The notes: generated by a model not told the origin, from the sequence alone. A DNA stretch of 64,000 nucleotides from Alphaproteobacteria bacterium (GCA_965262615.1 OZ253545.1:64001-128000); one strand, 5' to 3'; counted from the stretch's first letter, positions 1 through 9,647 are shown. Numbers and translations are program-made.

Positions 1-597
1 AACATCGGGACGCTGAGTCTCATCTTGTCTATTGAAAAAATCAATGGCGTGAGCAATCTCGCTTTTGGCTTCCTCACCCTGCACCTTCACAGGATACACC
101 ACAATATGTGTGGGACAGCGCGCCCGCACCCGCACCACAATATCTCGCAACACCGCACCCTGCGGCGAGGTCACCACGCCGATGCGGCGCGGCATAAACG
201 GCAGAGGTTTTTTGCGCGCTGCGGCAAACAGTCCTTCTTTGGCGAGCCGCTCTCGCAGCTGAGCAAGTTCTCGGTGAAAATCCCCCGTGCCCGCCAGCCG
301 CATCTGCTCAATCACCAACTGATACACCGATCGCCCGCCATAAATAGACAACCGCCCGCGACACTCCACCTCCATGCCGTCTTGAGGCGGCGGCGACAAC
401 CTGGCAAAAACCGATCTCCAGCACACCGCCTCCAACACCGATTGGTCATCCTTCAGACGACAATAATAATGTCCCGATGCCGCCCGCATGCCATTGCTCA
501 CCTCACCGCGCACCATCACCGTGCCGTATTTGCGCTCCACATCACGGCGCAGTGCCTGAGCGATTTGCGTCACGCTATAGATGGTTTCTTGAGTCAT
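1..597 (-). CDS. xseA: Exodeoxyribonuclease VII large subunit (5' part; runs off window)
   Basis: Own translation of the minus strand from ATG 597: MTQETIYSVTQIAQ...VRGEVSN...SGHYY..LKD...KEGLF...KKPLPFMPRRIGVVTSPQGAVLRDI...YPVKVQG; not in ORF track because truncated. Confidence 0.93.
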   Translation of the reverse strand, partial: MTQETIYSVTQIAQALRRDVERKYGTVMVRGEVSNGMRAASGHYYCRLKDDQSVLEAVCWRSVFARLSPPPQDGMEVECRGRLSIYGGRSVYQLVIEQMRLAGTGDFHRELAQLRERLAKEGLFAAARKKPLPFMPRRIGVVTSPQGAVLRDIVVRVRARCPTHIVVYPVKVQGEEAKSEIAHAIDFFNRQDETQRPDV

Positions 598-680
598 GTC
601 TTTATTTAGTGCGTTTAGAACGATGCCGCCGCCACAAAAGCCCTCATAAAGGCAACCTCACCACGAGGCAAGGACAAGGT

Positions 681-1238
681 TCATTTGAGAATAATGGTCA
701 CTATCGTTCCCAAAAGAGCCGCCATCATGCTGACAAGAACAGCAATCACCCTCATAGCCGTGCGATTGAAAGCCTGCAACAATTCATTTTTCGCCGTTTC
801 AATCTTGTTATCCATTGCCGCCATATCTGCCTTGTTTTCAGCCTGCAATTCGGCGAATTTTTTCTGATTTTCAGCTCGCAATTCGGCGAATTTTTTCTGG
901 TTTTCAGTCTGTAGTTCGGCGAATTTTTTCTGGTTTTCATCTCGCAGTTCGGCGAATGCTTTTTGGTTTTCATCTCGCAGTTCGGCGAGTGCTTTTTGGT
1001 TTTCAGCCCGCAGTTCGGCGAATGCTTTTTGGTTTTCAGCCCGCAGTTCGGCGAATGCTTTTTGGTTTTCAGCTTGCCCTTCGGCGATGTCAGTTCGCAC
1101 CTCGGCGACATCTTCCTTCGTGGCAAAATGCTTACCTTGCTCTTTGAGAGTGGCGACATCCACTTTGAGAGTCACCACATCATCATGCAAGCCATTCGCC
1201 GCGCGATGTTCTGTTTTTTGATCTTCCTGAATACCCAC
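681..1238 (-). CDS. Membrane-anchored coiled-coil protein (CCDC90/DUF1640-like neck-stalk-anchor) with 8 x 11-aa repeats
   Basis: FATKEDV neck-like motif, (AELRAENQKAF)n stalk, C-terminal hydrophobic helix; start moved to GTG 1238 because the track start overlaps purD and a promoter lies just upstream. Confidence 0.7.
   Translation of the reverse strand: MGIQEDQKTEHRAANGLHDDVVTLKVDVATLKEQGKHFATKEDVAEVRTDIAEGQAENQKAFAELRAENQKAFAELRAENQKALAELRDENQKAFAELRDENQKKFAELQTENQKKFAELRAENQKKFAELQAENKADMAAMDNKIETAKNELLQAFNRTAMRVIAVLVSMMAALLGTIVTIILK
822..1085 (-). repeat. Tandem repeat, 8 x 33 bp, in frame
   Basis: Unit GCCGAACTGCGGGCTGAAAACCAAAAAGCATTC and variants; 264 bp = 8 x 33. Confidence 0.95.
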
Positions 1239-1245
1239 ACTGAAA

Positions 1246-1274
1246 AGAATATGTGCGTTGAAAGTTTTTGTCAA
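1246..1274 (-). promoter_or_regulatory. Sigma70-type promoter, probably leaderless
   Basis: TTGACA-17 bp-TATTCT, 7 nt before GTG 1238. Confidence 0.6.
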
Positions 1275-1353
1275 TGCCAAGATATTTTCATAAATAGAGA
1301 GCAGCTGTGTCAGATGTCTTTTCTCATTCCCTTCTTTGCGATAAGACCATAGC

Positions 1354-2586
1354 ATGAGACTGCTCATTGTCGGAAGTGGTGGCAGAGAACACGCCCTTGC
1401 TTGGAAGTGTGCTCAATCGGCGGATACCGTCTTTGTGACATCCGCCAATGATGCCATGAATTCCGACACCATCACCGCCATCAATCTGCCCACCGATGAG
1501 GCAACCGTCCAGTGGGCAAAGGACAATGCCATTGATCTCATCATCATCGGCGGGGAAGAGCCTCTAGCGCGGGGACTGGCAGACGCATGTCAGCAAAACG
1601 ATTTATTGTGTCTGGGCCCCACTCAAGATGGTGCGCGGCTGGAATCTTCCAAAATTTGGATGAAGAAACTCTGCACCCGCTATCATATTCCCACCGCACC
1701 ATGGCGCGTCTGTGATGATGAAGCCGCCGCGCACCAGTGCATCACCCAAGATTCCGCCATGCGGGTGCTCAAAAAAGACGGCTTGGCGGCGGGCAAAGGA
1801 GTCGTGGTGGCGCACGATGAAGAATCCGCATTGCACCATGCCTCACACCACTTTGCCCATCATGATGAGCCTTTGTTGATTGAACAGCGTCTGGATGGCA
1901 GGGAGCTGAGCGTCTTTGCTCTGTTGGATGGGCGCAATTCGTTGTGGCTGGGGGCAGCTCAAGACTACAAGCGCGCCCATGATGGCAATCAGGGTGACAA
2001 CACTGGCGGCATGGGAGCGGTCTCTCATGATGAATTGGTCAGCGACACCTTGCGGGCACACATTCAAAAGCATTTTATTGACCGCCTGCTGCACGCCATG
2101 CAAAAAGAAAACATTGACTACAAAGGCGTGCTTTTTGCCGGCTTGATGGTGCGTGATGACGAGGCTCATTTGCTGGAATACAATGTGCGCTTTGGTGACC
2201 CCGAATGTCAGACACTCATGATGCGCTTGCAAGCGGATCTGTGTCAGCTGCTTCATGCGGCGGCAAGCGGCTCTCTTTCGTCTGTGTCCTCTCCTCAATG
2301 GCGCGGCGCGTCCGTCAATGTCGTCTGGGCGGCACAAGGCTATCCTCATGCACCGCACAAAGGCGGCACGCTCACGGGACTAGATGATGCCGCCGCCACC
2401 GACAATGTCATGCTCTTTCACGCCGCCACAAAAATCCAAAACGACAAAACCATTGCCACAGGCGGACGCGTGCTTCATGTCAGTGCGTGTGGCGACAATC
2501 TGCACGATGCCCGTTCCCAATGCTACGATGCCGTACAAAAAATAAACTTCCCAAAAGGATTTCACCGTTCAGACATCGGAAATTGA
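1354..2586 (+). CDS. purD: Phosphoribosylamine-glycine ligase
   Basis: GSGGREHALAWK, ARLESSK, DGLAAGKGV, NTGGMGA, EYNVRFGDPE. Confidence 0.97.
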   Translation: MRLLIVGSGGREHALAWKCAQSADTVFVTSANDAMNSDTITAINLPTDEATVQWAKDNAIDLIIIGGEEPLARGLADACQQNDLLCLGPTQDGARLESSKIWMKKLCTRYHIPTAPWRVCDDEAAAHQCITQDSAMRVLKKDGLAAGKGVVVAHDEESALHHASHHFAHHDEPLLIEQRLDGRELSVFALLDGRNSLWLGAAQDYKRAHDGNQGDNTGGMGAVSHDELVSDTLRAHIQKHFIDRLLHAMQKENIDYKGVLFAGLMVRDDEAHLLEYNVRFGDPECQTLMMRLQADLCQLLHAAASGSLSSVSSPQWRGASVNVVWAAQGYPHAPHKGGTLTGLDDAAATDNVMLFHAATKIQNDKTIATGGRVLHVSACGDNLHDARSQCYDAVQKINFPKGFHRSDIGN

Positions 2587-2632
2587 TGGGGGGATTTGAT
2601 GGGCGATTTGATGGGCGATTTGATGAACGATT
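2584..2632 (+). repeat. Short ~12-bp tandem repeat (TGGGCGATTTGA, ~4 degenerate copies) starting at the purD stop
   Basis: tga tggggggatttga tgggcgatttga tgggcgatttga tgaacgatt. Confidence 0.85.
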
Positions 2633-2814
2633 CACATATCATCTCGCTCTTCTAAATAGGCAATGGCATTACGAAGATAATTTTCGGGAACTATGCACAA
2701 TGTTACACACAACGAATAATCACCTTTACCCATCGCCAAATAACGCAATGAAAAAGGGCAATGTGCATTAGTTTCTAAAAACGGCTCAACTATGCTTCGT
2801 GTGCTTTTTGTCAT
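2632..2814 (-). CDS. Possible 60-aa small protein or gene remnant downstream of lexA
   Basis: ATG 2814 overlaps the lexA 3' end; MTKSTRSIVEPF...VPENYLRNAIAYLEERDDM; AT-richer than flanks. Confidence 0.3.
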   Translation of the reverse strand: MTKSTRSIVEPFLETNAHCPFSLRYLAMGKGDYSLCVTLCIVPENYLRNAIAYLEERDDM

Positions 2815-3433
2815 TGTAATTGCGAATGATGCCGGAGAGTCTGCCCTGAATGGTGACCTGATCCACCCCAAAGACACGCGCCTCATAGGCATCATTGGCG
2901 GGCTCAAGGGTGATGGATGTTTTGGCTTTGCGCACATACTTCAGTGTGGCTTCCTCACCCCCCACCAGTGCCACCACGATTGAGCCATCTGGTGCGTCAT
3001 CGCATTTCTCCACGATGGCAATGTCGCCATCCAAAATTCCCGCCCCCACCATAGAATCCCCCCGCACCCGCAGCGCATAGCTGCCACGCCGTGACACCAA
3101 ATGGATGGGCACGGGATATGTCTCACTGGGATCCATCCATGCTTCCAACGGGTCGCCCGCCACAATCTTGCCCACAAAGGGAATATCCATGATGCCGTTG
3201 GTGTCGTGCACATTCTCACTATCGGGCAGACGCACAATCTCCACCGCCCGCGCCCGATGAGGCAACCGTCTGATAAAACCCCGCTCCTCCAAAGAAGACA
3301 TCAACCGATGCACCGGCGCCTTAGAGCGCAAGGACAAGGCATCCTTCATTTCCTCAAAAGATGGCGCAACGCCCTCATCTCGCAGACGCTTCTGAATGAA
3401 CAACAACAAATCTTTCTGGCGATTGGTCAGCAT
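2786..3433 (-). CDS. lexA: SOS repressor LexA
   Basis: MLTNRQ..PSFEEM wHTH, AG cleavage site (IVAGDP), VRGDSM catalytic Ser, EATLK catalytic Lys. Confidence 0.97.
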   Translation of the reverse strand: MLTNRQKDLLLFIQKRLRDEGVAPSFEEMKDALSLRSKAPVHRLMSSLEERGFIRRLPHRARAVEIVRLPDSENVHDTNGIMDIPFVGKIVAGDPLEAWMDPSETYPVPIHLVSRRGSYALRVRGDSMVGAGILDGDIAIVEKCDDAPDGSIVVALVGGEEATLKYVRKAKTSITLEPANDAYEARVFGVDQVTIQGRLSGIIRNYNDKKHTKHS

Positions 3434-3439
3434 GAAAAC

Positions 3440-3476
3440 AAACAGAAAGCGAACATATCATAAATAAAACAAGAAC
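3440..3476 (-). promoter_or_regulatory. Putative alphaproteobacterial LexA (SOS) box array
   Basis: AAAC-N7-GAAC-N7-AAAT-N7-GAAC on +; degenerate match to GAAC-N7-GAAC directly upstream of lexA. Confidence 0.55.
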
Positions 3477-3483
3477 GCAATCA

Positions 3484-3945
3484 TCAAATGACATAATCAT
3501 CGGCACGCTGTGCCTCGCTCTCAATGCCGATGGCGCGCGTCTCTTCGCACAAATCCTCAATGGTGATGGTGTCCATATAGCCATGCAGATGCTCCTCACA
3601 TCGCTGCCACAACGGCTTGAGCACACCCGCGCCAATTGCCGAGGCGGAGATCAAACGCATCCCTTTGGCATCCTCCTTATCATCATCATGCGACAGAGCT
3701 TTGTGAATATCACCCAAGGTGATGCGTCTGCGCTCACGCGCCAACACATACCCGCCTTTAGGACCGCGAATCCCTTTCAACACACCCCCGCGCACCAACT
3801 TTTGCAGCAGCTGCTCCAAATAGCGTTCGGGAATGTTTTGCCGTCGCGTGATATCACTGCTTCGCACGGGAATGCCGCCCGCGTGATAAGCAACATCAAT
3901 CACCGCCTCAACAGCAAAGAGAAATTTACCAGGAAATGATAGCAC
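3484..3945 (-). CDS. Rrf2 family transcriptional regulator
   Basis: YLEQLLQKL..G.L.GIRGPKGGY.LAR; no IscR three-Cys cluster; start set at GTG 3945, 6 nt after TATAAT. Confidence 0.9.
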   Translation of the reverse strand: MLSFPGKFLFAVEAVIDVAYHAGGIPVRSSDITRRQNIPERYLEQLLQKLVRGGVLKGIRGPKGGYVLARERRRITLGDIHKALSHDDDKEDAKGMRLISASAIGAGVLKPLWQRCEEHLHGYMDTITIEDLCEETRAIGIESEAQRADDYVI

Positions 3946-3999
3946 ATTGTCATTATACACAAAAAATCTTGTGTGATAACAACAAAAGACAAATTTCTA

Positions 4000-5208
4000 T
4001 TACATTTTTTTTGCGGTGTTTGCGAAAAATGCGCCAATGCGCTCAACCAATTGGGTAGCCACCTGCTGTTTGGGCATGGATTGCCATCTCTCCTCGCCGC
4101 GCTCACTGATGAGACACACCTCGTTGTCATCGCCTCCCATGACATCGCCACTGATGTCATTGACAACAAGCCAGTCGCAATTTTTTCGTTTTTTCTTCCG
4201 CCGTGCCGCCGCCACATCCCAGCCATAGTGGGCGGCAAACCCAATGAGCAGTGACGGACGCAACTCATGGCGCGCCACATCGGCTAAGATGTCCCGATTT
4301 TTCACCCAGCCAATGGGCGGTGGCGACGATTGCGATTCCATCTTTCCTTTGACAATTGTTTGCGGTCGCCAGTCCGCCACCGCCGCCGCCATGACGACAA
4401 TATCCGCGGGAAGACTCTCCATCACCGCCTGATGCATGTCGGCGGCACTGCGCACCGTCACCAATTGAGCGGCGGGATGATGCCCCACAGTCGCCGCCTG
4501 CACGCCACTGATGATGGTGGTCTGAGCTCCCCATTGTGCCAGTGCCGCCGCCACCGCATGACCCTGTTTGCCCGATGAATGATTAGACACATAACGCACC
4601 GCATCCCAAGCCTCTTGCGTTGCGCCACTGGTCACCACCGCCCGCAAACCGCGCAGACGATTGCGATGAGTAAAATGTGATGTCAATGATGCCATCATGT
4701 CGGCGACTTCCATCATGCGTCCCTCGTCATAATCGCCACACGCCAGCCGCCCCGCATGAGGCTCAAAAAAATGAATCCCGCGCCGCCGCAAAGTGAGACA
4801 ATTGGCGCGACAGGCTTCATGACGCCACATCCAGCCGTTCATGCCCGGTGCCACAAACACCGGCGCACCGCGATTGGCAAGCAGCAGTGTGCTCGCCAAA
4901 CAATCCGCCATGCCGTGTGCCATCTTTGCCAAAAAATGAGCCGAAGCAGGTGCCACCACAATGGCATCACAATCACGAACCAAATCAATATGAGACATGG
5001 TGTAATCCTCACCAAACAAACGATGATGCCACGCACCACCACTGGCATCGTGCAATTGGTCACGATTCAGCAACTGCAAAGCCCCCCGTGTCACCACAGT
5101 GGTGACATCAGCTTGCTCTGAGCGCAATGCTCCAACCAATTGCAACGCCTTGCGCGCCGCAATGCCGCCCGACACAATCACCACAAGTTTTTTATTGGCT
5201 AATACCAT
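4000..5208 (-). CDS. coaBC: Bifunctional phosphopantothenoylcysteine decarboxylase/ligase
   Basis: SGGIAA, HIDL, APASA..LAK.AHG.AD, APGMN..MW, LACGDY..GRM, D.VRY.SNHSSGKQG, AAAVADW. Confidence 0.95.
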   Translation of the reverse strand: MVLANKKLVVIVSGGIAARKALQLVGALRSEQADVTTVVTRGALQLLNRDQLHDASGGAWHHRLFGEDYTMSHIDLVRDCDAIVVAPASAHFLAKMAHGMADCLASTLLLANRGAPVFVAPGMNGWMWRHEACRANCLTLRRRGIHFFEPHAGRLACGDYDEGRMMEVADMMASLTSHFTHRNRLRGLRAVVTSGATQEAWDAVRYVSNHSSGKQGHAVAAALAQWGAQTTIISGVQAATVGHHPAAQLVTVRSAADMHQAVMESLPADIVVMAAAVADWRPQTIVKGKMESQSSPPPIGWVKNRDILADVARHELRPSLLIGFAAHYGWDVAAARRKKKRKNCDWLVVNDISGDVMGGDDNEVCLISERGEERWQSMPKQQVATQLVERIGAFFANTAKKM

Positions 5209-5262
5209 CCCTTCATTATAGAATAGACATCACCCTCAACACAATGTTAGATATGAGCCATC

Positions 5263-5673
5263 ATGCCCGACCAGCCCGCACTTGAAGCCATTGCATCGCC
5301 TCATCGCGACTGCCGTTGGGTGACGCGTTTTACCTGTCCCGAATTCACCACCTTGTGTCCGCGCACCGCCCAACCAGATTTTGCTCATCTCATCATTGAC
5401 TACATCGCCGACCAATTCATTGTGGAGAGCAAGTCACTCAAATTGTATCTGCACTCTTTTCGCAATGAGCAACATTTTCACGAGGATTGCACCGTCACCA
5501 TTGCTCATGCCGTGAGCGATGCCATCACGCCTCATTGGCTACGCATTGGCGGCTATTGGAATCCGCGCGGCGGCATTCCCATTGACATTTTTTATCAAAT
5601 CAAGACACCGCCGAGCGATGTGTGGATTCCCGACCAACCAGTGGCAGGATACCATCCTCGCCATTCCCAATGA
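5263..5673 (+). CDS. queF: preQ1 synthase (NADPH-dependent 7-cyano-7-deazaguanine reductase)
   Basis: [39 protein letters not shown]. Confidence 0.96.
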   Translation: MPDQPALEAIASPHRDCRWVTRFTCPEFTTLCPRTAQPDFAHLIIDYIADQFIVESKSLKLYLHSFRNEQHFHEDCTVTIAHAVSDAITPHWLRIGGYWNPRGGIPIDIFYQIKTPPSDVWIPDQPVAGYHPRHSQ

Positions 5674-5674
5674 T

Positions 5675-5752
5675 TGGGGCGAACGATGGGATTTGAACCC
5701 ACGACCCCCGGTGCCACAAACCGGTGCTCTAACCAACTGAGCTACGTTCGCC
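5675..5752 (-). tRNA. tRNA-His(GUG) with encoded G-1 and CCA
   Basis: Cloverleaf G-GCGAACG...CCGGT TTGTGGC ACCGG...GGTTCAAATCC...CGTTCGC-C-CCA. Confidence 0.97.
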
Positions 5753-5772
5753 ATCATGCTTCCATGTAACCC

Positions 5773-6657
5773 ATGAATCGCCATAAAATCAAGCAATCAT
5801 CCGTCTTCAGTGAGATTATGGTGCTGATGCGCTGGGATCGTCCCATTGGGGTGGTGCTGCTGATGCTTCCCGCTTTTTGCGGACTCGCCCTTGCGGGCGG
5901 CGCAATGTCCGAAGCTCATCTTTATGGCGTGTTGGCATTGGGAGCATTTCTCACCCGCAGTGCCGGATGCGTCATTAACGACCTGTGGGATGCGCCCTTT
6001 GACCGTCATGTGACACGCACAAAAAACCGACCCCTGGCGCAACAAAGCGTCTCCGTTGCTTGTGCCATCATCGTTGCCGTCATTTTGTTGCTGCTGGCAT
6101 TTGTCCTGACGCTCACCCTGCCCGTGCGCAGCATAATTATTGCGATCTGTTTGCTGCCGCTCATCGTCATCTATCCGTTGGCAAAACGAGTGACATCATG
6201 CCCACAAATCGTGCTGGGATTTGTCTTCAACGGCGGCGTTCTTGTGGGATGGTCATTGGTGCGCGGTGACCTGCCCGCGGCTCTGTGGTGTCTTTATGGC
6301 GGCTGCGTCCTGCTCACCATCAATTACGACACCCTCTATGCCATGATGGATCGCCATGACGACAAACGCCTGCAACTGGGATCGCTGGCTGTTAGCGTCA
6401 CACGGCGGCGCACAATGCTCACCGTGTCTCTTGCCTGTGCCTGCCTGTTGTGGAGTGCCGCCCTCATGATGCAAGGCGGCGAATTTTTTGTCATCATGGT
6501 CATGACGATGGCGATCATATTTGCTCATGGCACACGCCTTGCCGCCCTGACTGAGCAAACGCGTCCCGCAACAGACTACGGACGCGCATTTCGCGCCCAT
6601 AGTCTGTTGCTGTTTTTATTGTGGAGTCTTATTGTTTTGACGATGGGTGTGCGATAA
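5773..6657 (+). CDS. ubiA: 4-hydroxybenzoate polyprenyltransferase
   Basis: LMRWDRPIG, RSAGCVINDLWD..FD..V.RT..RPL, YDTLYA..D..DD; multiple TM helices. Confidence 0.95.
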   Translation: MNRHKIKQSSVFSEIMVLMRWDRPIGVVLLMLPAFCGLALAGGAMSEAHLYGVLALGAFLTRSAGCVINDLWDAPFDRHVTRTKNRPLAQQSVSVACAIIVAVILLLLAFVLTLTLPVRSIIIAICLLPLIVIYPLAKRVTSCPQIVLGFVFNGGVLVGWSLVRGDLPAALWCLYGGCVLLTINYDTLYAMMDRHDDKRLQLGSLAVSVTRRRTMLTVSLACACLLWSAALMMQGGEFFVIMVMTMAIIFAHGTRLAALTEQTRPATDYGRAFRAHSLLLFLLWSLIVLTMGVR

Positions 6658-6667
6658 TATGTGTGCC

Positions 6668-9643
6668 ATGAACGACTCCTCGCAATCGTGGCAGCACAGC
6701 CTCACCCAATGTCGCCAGATTTATCGTGATTTTCGTCAGAAAGCTCACATTGCCAATCATGTTCTGTTGCTGGCGCGGGTGATTGCCGAAGAATTGGAAC
6801 AAGACCGCCATCGCCTGGGTGACCTCAGCACATTGATTGATGGCATGACGGAGCAACAATTCAAACACCGTATTGAACAAATGCGCGCTCGCATCGGCGT
6901 TGTTGACTTTAATCAGAACGAAGAGCATTGGCGCGCTTTTTTGAGTTCTGCCATTGAGCATCATATGGCGGCTGGCGATTCTGCCTCGCAAGCCATTGAG
7001 CGTGTGTGTTCTCCTTTGTGGCTTCGTTTTGTTTTCACGGCTCATCCCACCTTTGCCCTCACACGAGACGGCATGGAATCAATCGTTCACAATCTGACTC
7101 AAAGCGACACTGATGCCTCTCTTGCCAGCTCATCTCAAGCCATTCGCGCCCATGCCCCCAGTTTGGATGATGAATATGAACTCGCGGCTCATGCCATCGC
7201 CACAGGACGGCGCGCCCTCAAGCGTTTCTTTGCCATCGCCTTTGAGGTGGTGGAGAAATATGAATCATTGAATGACCCCCCCAATTTCTCCATGGTGTCC
7301 CTTGCCAGCTGGGTGGGATACGACAGCGATGGCCGCTCCGACATCTCCTGGGCGGACAATTTTCACAAGCGATTGCTCTCCCGCATCGCCTATCTGGATG
7401 AACTCAGCCAAGACCTGCAATCCATCGCCACGGCATTGCCGGCAAGTCACGCATCTCTGGCACAACAGATGGAACACCTCAGCGACAATCTCACAAAAGA
7501 CAGCAAGGCAAGCAGCGATCTTTTGCCGGCATTCAAAAAATGGAGCGGACACAAAAACAACCCAAACCACACAGATGACATTGAATGGCTGAAAAAAGCA
7601 GGACAAGATTTGCATCGCGGCAAGCATCATGCCGCCAGCAAAGGCATGAGCATCACGCCGCGCGCCCTTGAAAAAACCTTGTGTGATTTTTATCGCACCT
7701 GCCACCAACAACTGCCCCATGATACCTTGCGCAGTCATTTGTGTGGTCGCTTGAGTGCCATCATCACACTGCTGCGCCATCACGGTGTGAGCACGGCGCG
7801 CGCTCATATGCGCATCAATGCCAGTCAAATTAACAATGCGCTGCGTCCCCTCATCAGTGACGATGCGCCCAGTGCGCCCGAAGTGCGTCATAAACAATTG
7901 CTCACCATTCTCAACAAACAACTGGACAAAGAGGAAGAAGTCGCCATCAATTTTGGCTCTCTGATTGCCGAACCCCTGTCGGCGAGACGCATGGTCATGA
8001 GCATGAAGAACATGATTGATTACACCGACAAACACACCCCCATTCGCTTTTTGATTGCGGAATGTGAATCTTCTCTCACTTTGCTGGGAGGTCTTTATTT
8101 TCTGCGTCTGTTTGGCATTGCCGACATGGTGGAGCTGTGTCCGTTGTTTGAGACTCCGCAATCCATGCGCACGGGACACCGCATCATTGAGGAGTTCTTA
8201 GATCATCCCCACGGACGAGCCTACATTGAACAACACGGTCGCCTCCATGTGCAAATCGGCTTTTCCGATTCCGCCCGCCAGATCGGACAAATCGCCTCGG
8301 TGCTTGCCATTGAAAATCTCCACATGCAAATCGCCCGCTTGCTCAAACGCAAAAAAATGTCTCATATCACCGTGCTGTTTTTTGACACCCACGGCGAAGC
8401 CGTCGGACGCGGCGGCTTTGCGGGAGGAATCGGCGAGAGACCTTTTTATCTTTGCTCCCCTTACGCGCGCGCCCTGTTTCATGATTTGCAACTGCGCCAC
8501 GAACAAGAAATGAGCTTTCAAGGAGGCGATGGCTATATGTGGTTCTTTGATGAAGCCCTTGCCTTTGCCAGTCTGGTGCGGGTGAGTGAGCATTATCTGC
8601 ATCATCACATGCAACTGCATCGCCCGCACGAAACAACGGCACGAGCCAGTGTGGGCGATCCTCTTTATGACGAGCCTGATTTTGCCATCAACCTCGCCGA
8701 TACCGTTCGTAACTTTAATCAAAATCTGATGCATGATGCCGGCTATGGGGATATTTTGTTGCTGTTTGGAGGCTCATTGTTGTTTGCGTCCGGCTCTCGT
8801 CCCTTGGCGCGCGCCGATGAACAGCGTCATTACACCAGCCGCCTCAAGCCACAAGACTGGCGAGCCATTCCGCAAAATGCCATCCTGCAGCAACTGGGTA
8901 TGGTGCCACACCTGCTGGGAGGAATCGGAGATTATCTTGATGCACACAGTGATGAAGCCGTGCAGATGTTGCAAAAAAGCGCGCGCTTTCGCCATATCAT
9001 GACCAATGTCTGGAATTGTGACCAATGGTGCGAATCATTGGTGCTGGAGAGCTACGCCGCTATGCGATCGCCGGCATTGTGGTCGGCTATGGCGCGCCAT
9101 AGCCATGATTCACTCCACAGCGACCACTTGCGAAAAACCGCTTCACTGCTGGAGAATCATCCAATCAGCGATGATGTCCTTAAAATCATCCGCCTCATCA
9201 CACGCAACTACGATGCCTTTCATTCGTGGTGTGAGAAAAATCAAAAGGCGATCGCGTCTCACACACAGAAGACGCGCCACGAAGAAAGTGAAGATGTCAT
9301 GATTCTGCACGCTCTGCGTATCGCCTTGTTGCAATACAGCTATGGTCAATTGCTCAATCTGCCTGACTTTAGCTATCAACAAGGATTTGGTCGCGCCGAT
9401 ATTGAGGATATGATCCTTCACATGAATGTGCCGCAAGCCTTAGAGATTTTGCGCAATGTCTTTCCGCGTGAGCCTTTTACCATTGAACAAGAAGATTTCG
9501 GCGCGCCCTCCAGTTATGCCAGCGATGCTCTCAAAGGCTATCGCCATGAGCATCAAGAAATTTTTGAGCCACTGGAGCAATCCTATGGGTTGATTCGCCG
9601 CATATCCATGGCACTGATGCATCATATCGGCGCAGTGGGATGA
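6668..9643 (+). CDS. ppc: Phosphoenolpyruvate carboxylase (divergent type)
   Basis: VFTAHPT, SWVGYDSDGR, PLFET, GFSDS, THGE..GRGG, FQGGDG, RAIP. Confidence 0.85.
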   Translation: MNDSSQSWQHSLTQCRQIYRDFRQKAHIANHVLLLARVIAEELEQDRHRLGDLSTLIDGMTEQQFKHRIEQMRARIGVVDFNQNEEHWRAFLSSAIEHHMAAGDSASQAIERVCSPLWLRFVFTAHPTFALTRDGMESIVHNLTQSDTDASLASSSQAIRAHAPSLDDEYELAAHAIATGRRALKRFFAIAFEVVEKYESLNDPPNFSMVSLASWVGYDSDGRSDISWADNFHKRLLSRIAYLDELSQDLQSIATALPASHASLAQQMEHLSDNLTKDSKASSDLLPAFKKWSGHKNNPNHTDDIEWLKKAGQDLHRGKHHAASKGMSITPRALEKTLCDFYRTCHQQLPHDTLRSHLCGRLSAIITLLRHHGVSTARAHMRINASQINNALRPLISDDAPSAPEVRHKQLLTILNKQLDKEEEVAINFGSLIAEPLSARRMVMSMKNMIDYTDKHTPIRFLIAECESSLTLLGGLYFLRLFGIADMVELCPLFETPQSMRTGHRIIEEFLDHPHGRAYIEQHGRLHVQIGFSDSARQIGQIASVLAIENLHMQIARLLKRKKMSHITVLFFDTHGEAVGRGGFAGGIGERPFYLCSPYARALFHDLQLRHEQEMSFQGGDGYMWFFDEALAFASLVRVSEHYLHHHMQLHRPHETTARASVGDPLYDEPDFAINLADTVRNFNQNLMHDAGYGDILLLFGGSLLFASGSRPLARADEQRHYTSRLKPQDWRAIPQNAILQQLGMVPHLLGGIGDYLDAHSDEAVQMLQKSARFRHIMTNVWNCDQWCESLVLESYAAMRSPALWSAMARHSHDSLHSDHLRKTASLLENHPISDDVLKIIRLITRNYDAFHSWCEKNQKAIASHTQKTRHEESEDVMILHALRIALLQYSYGQLLNLPDFSYQQGFGRADIEDMILHMNVPQALEILRNVFPREPFTIEQEDFGAPSSYASDALKGYRHEHQEIFEPLEQSYGLIRRISMALMHHIGAVG

Positions 9644-9647
9644 AAAG

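Noticed and set aside
25-609. 194-aa plus-strand ORF
   Set aside because: Antisense shadow of xseA, which has clear motifs on the minus strand
822-1085. 33-bp repeats as a possible CRISPR array
   Set aside because: No spacers; contiguous in-frame coding repeats; no cas genes. The same applies to the 78-bp repeats at 53510-53775
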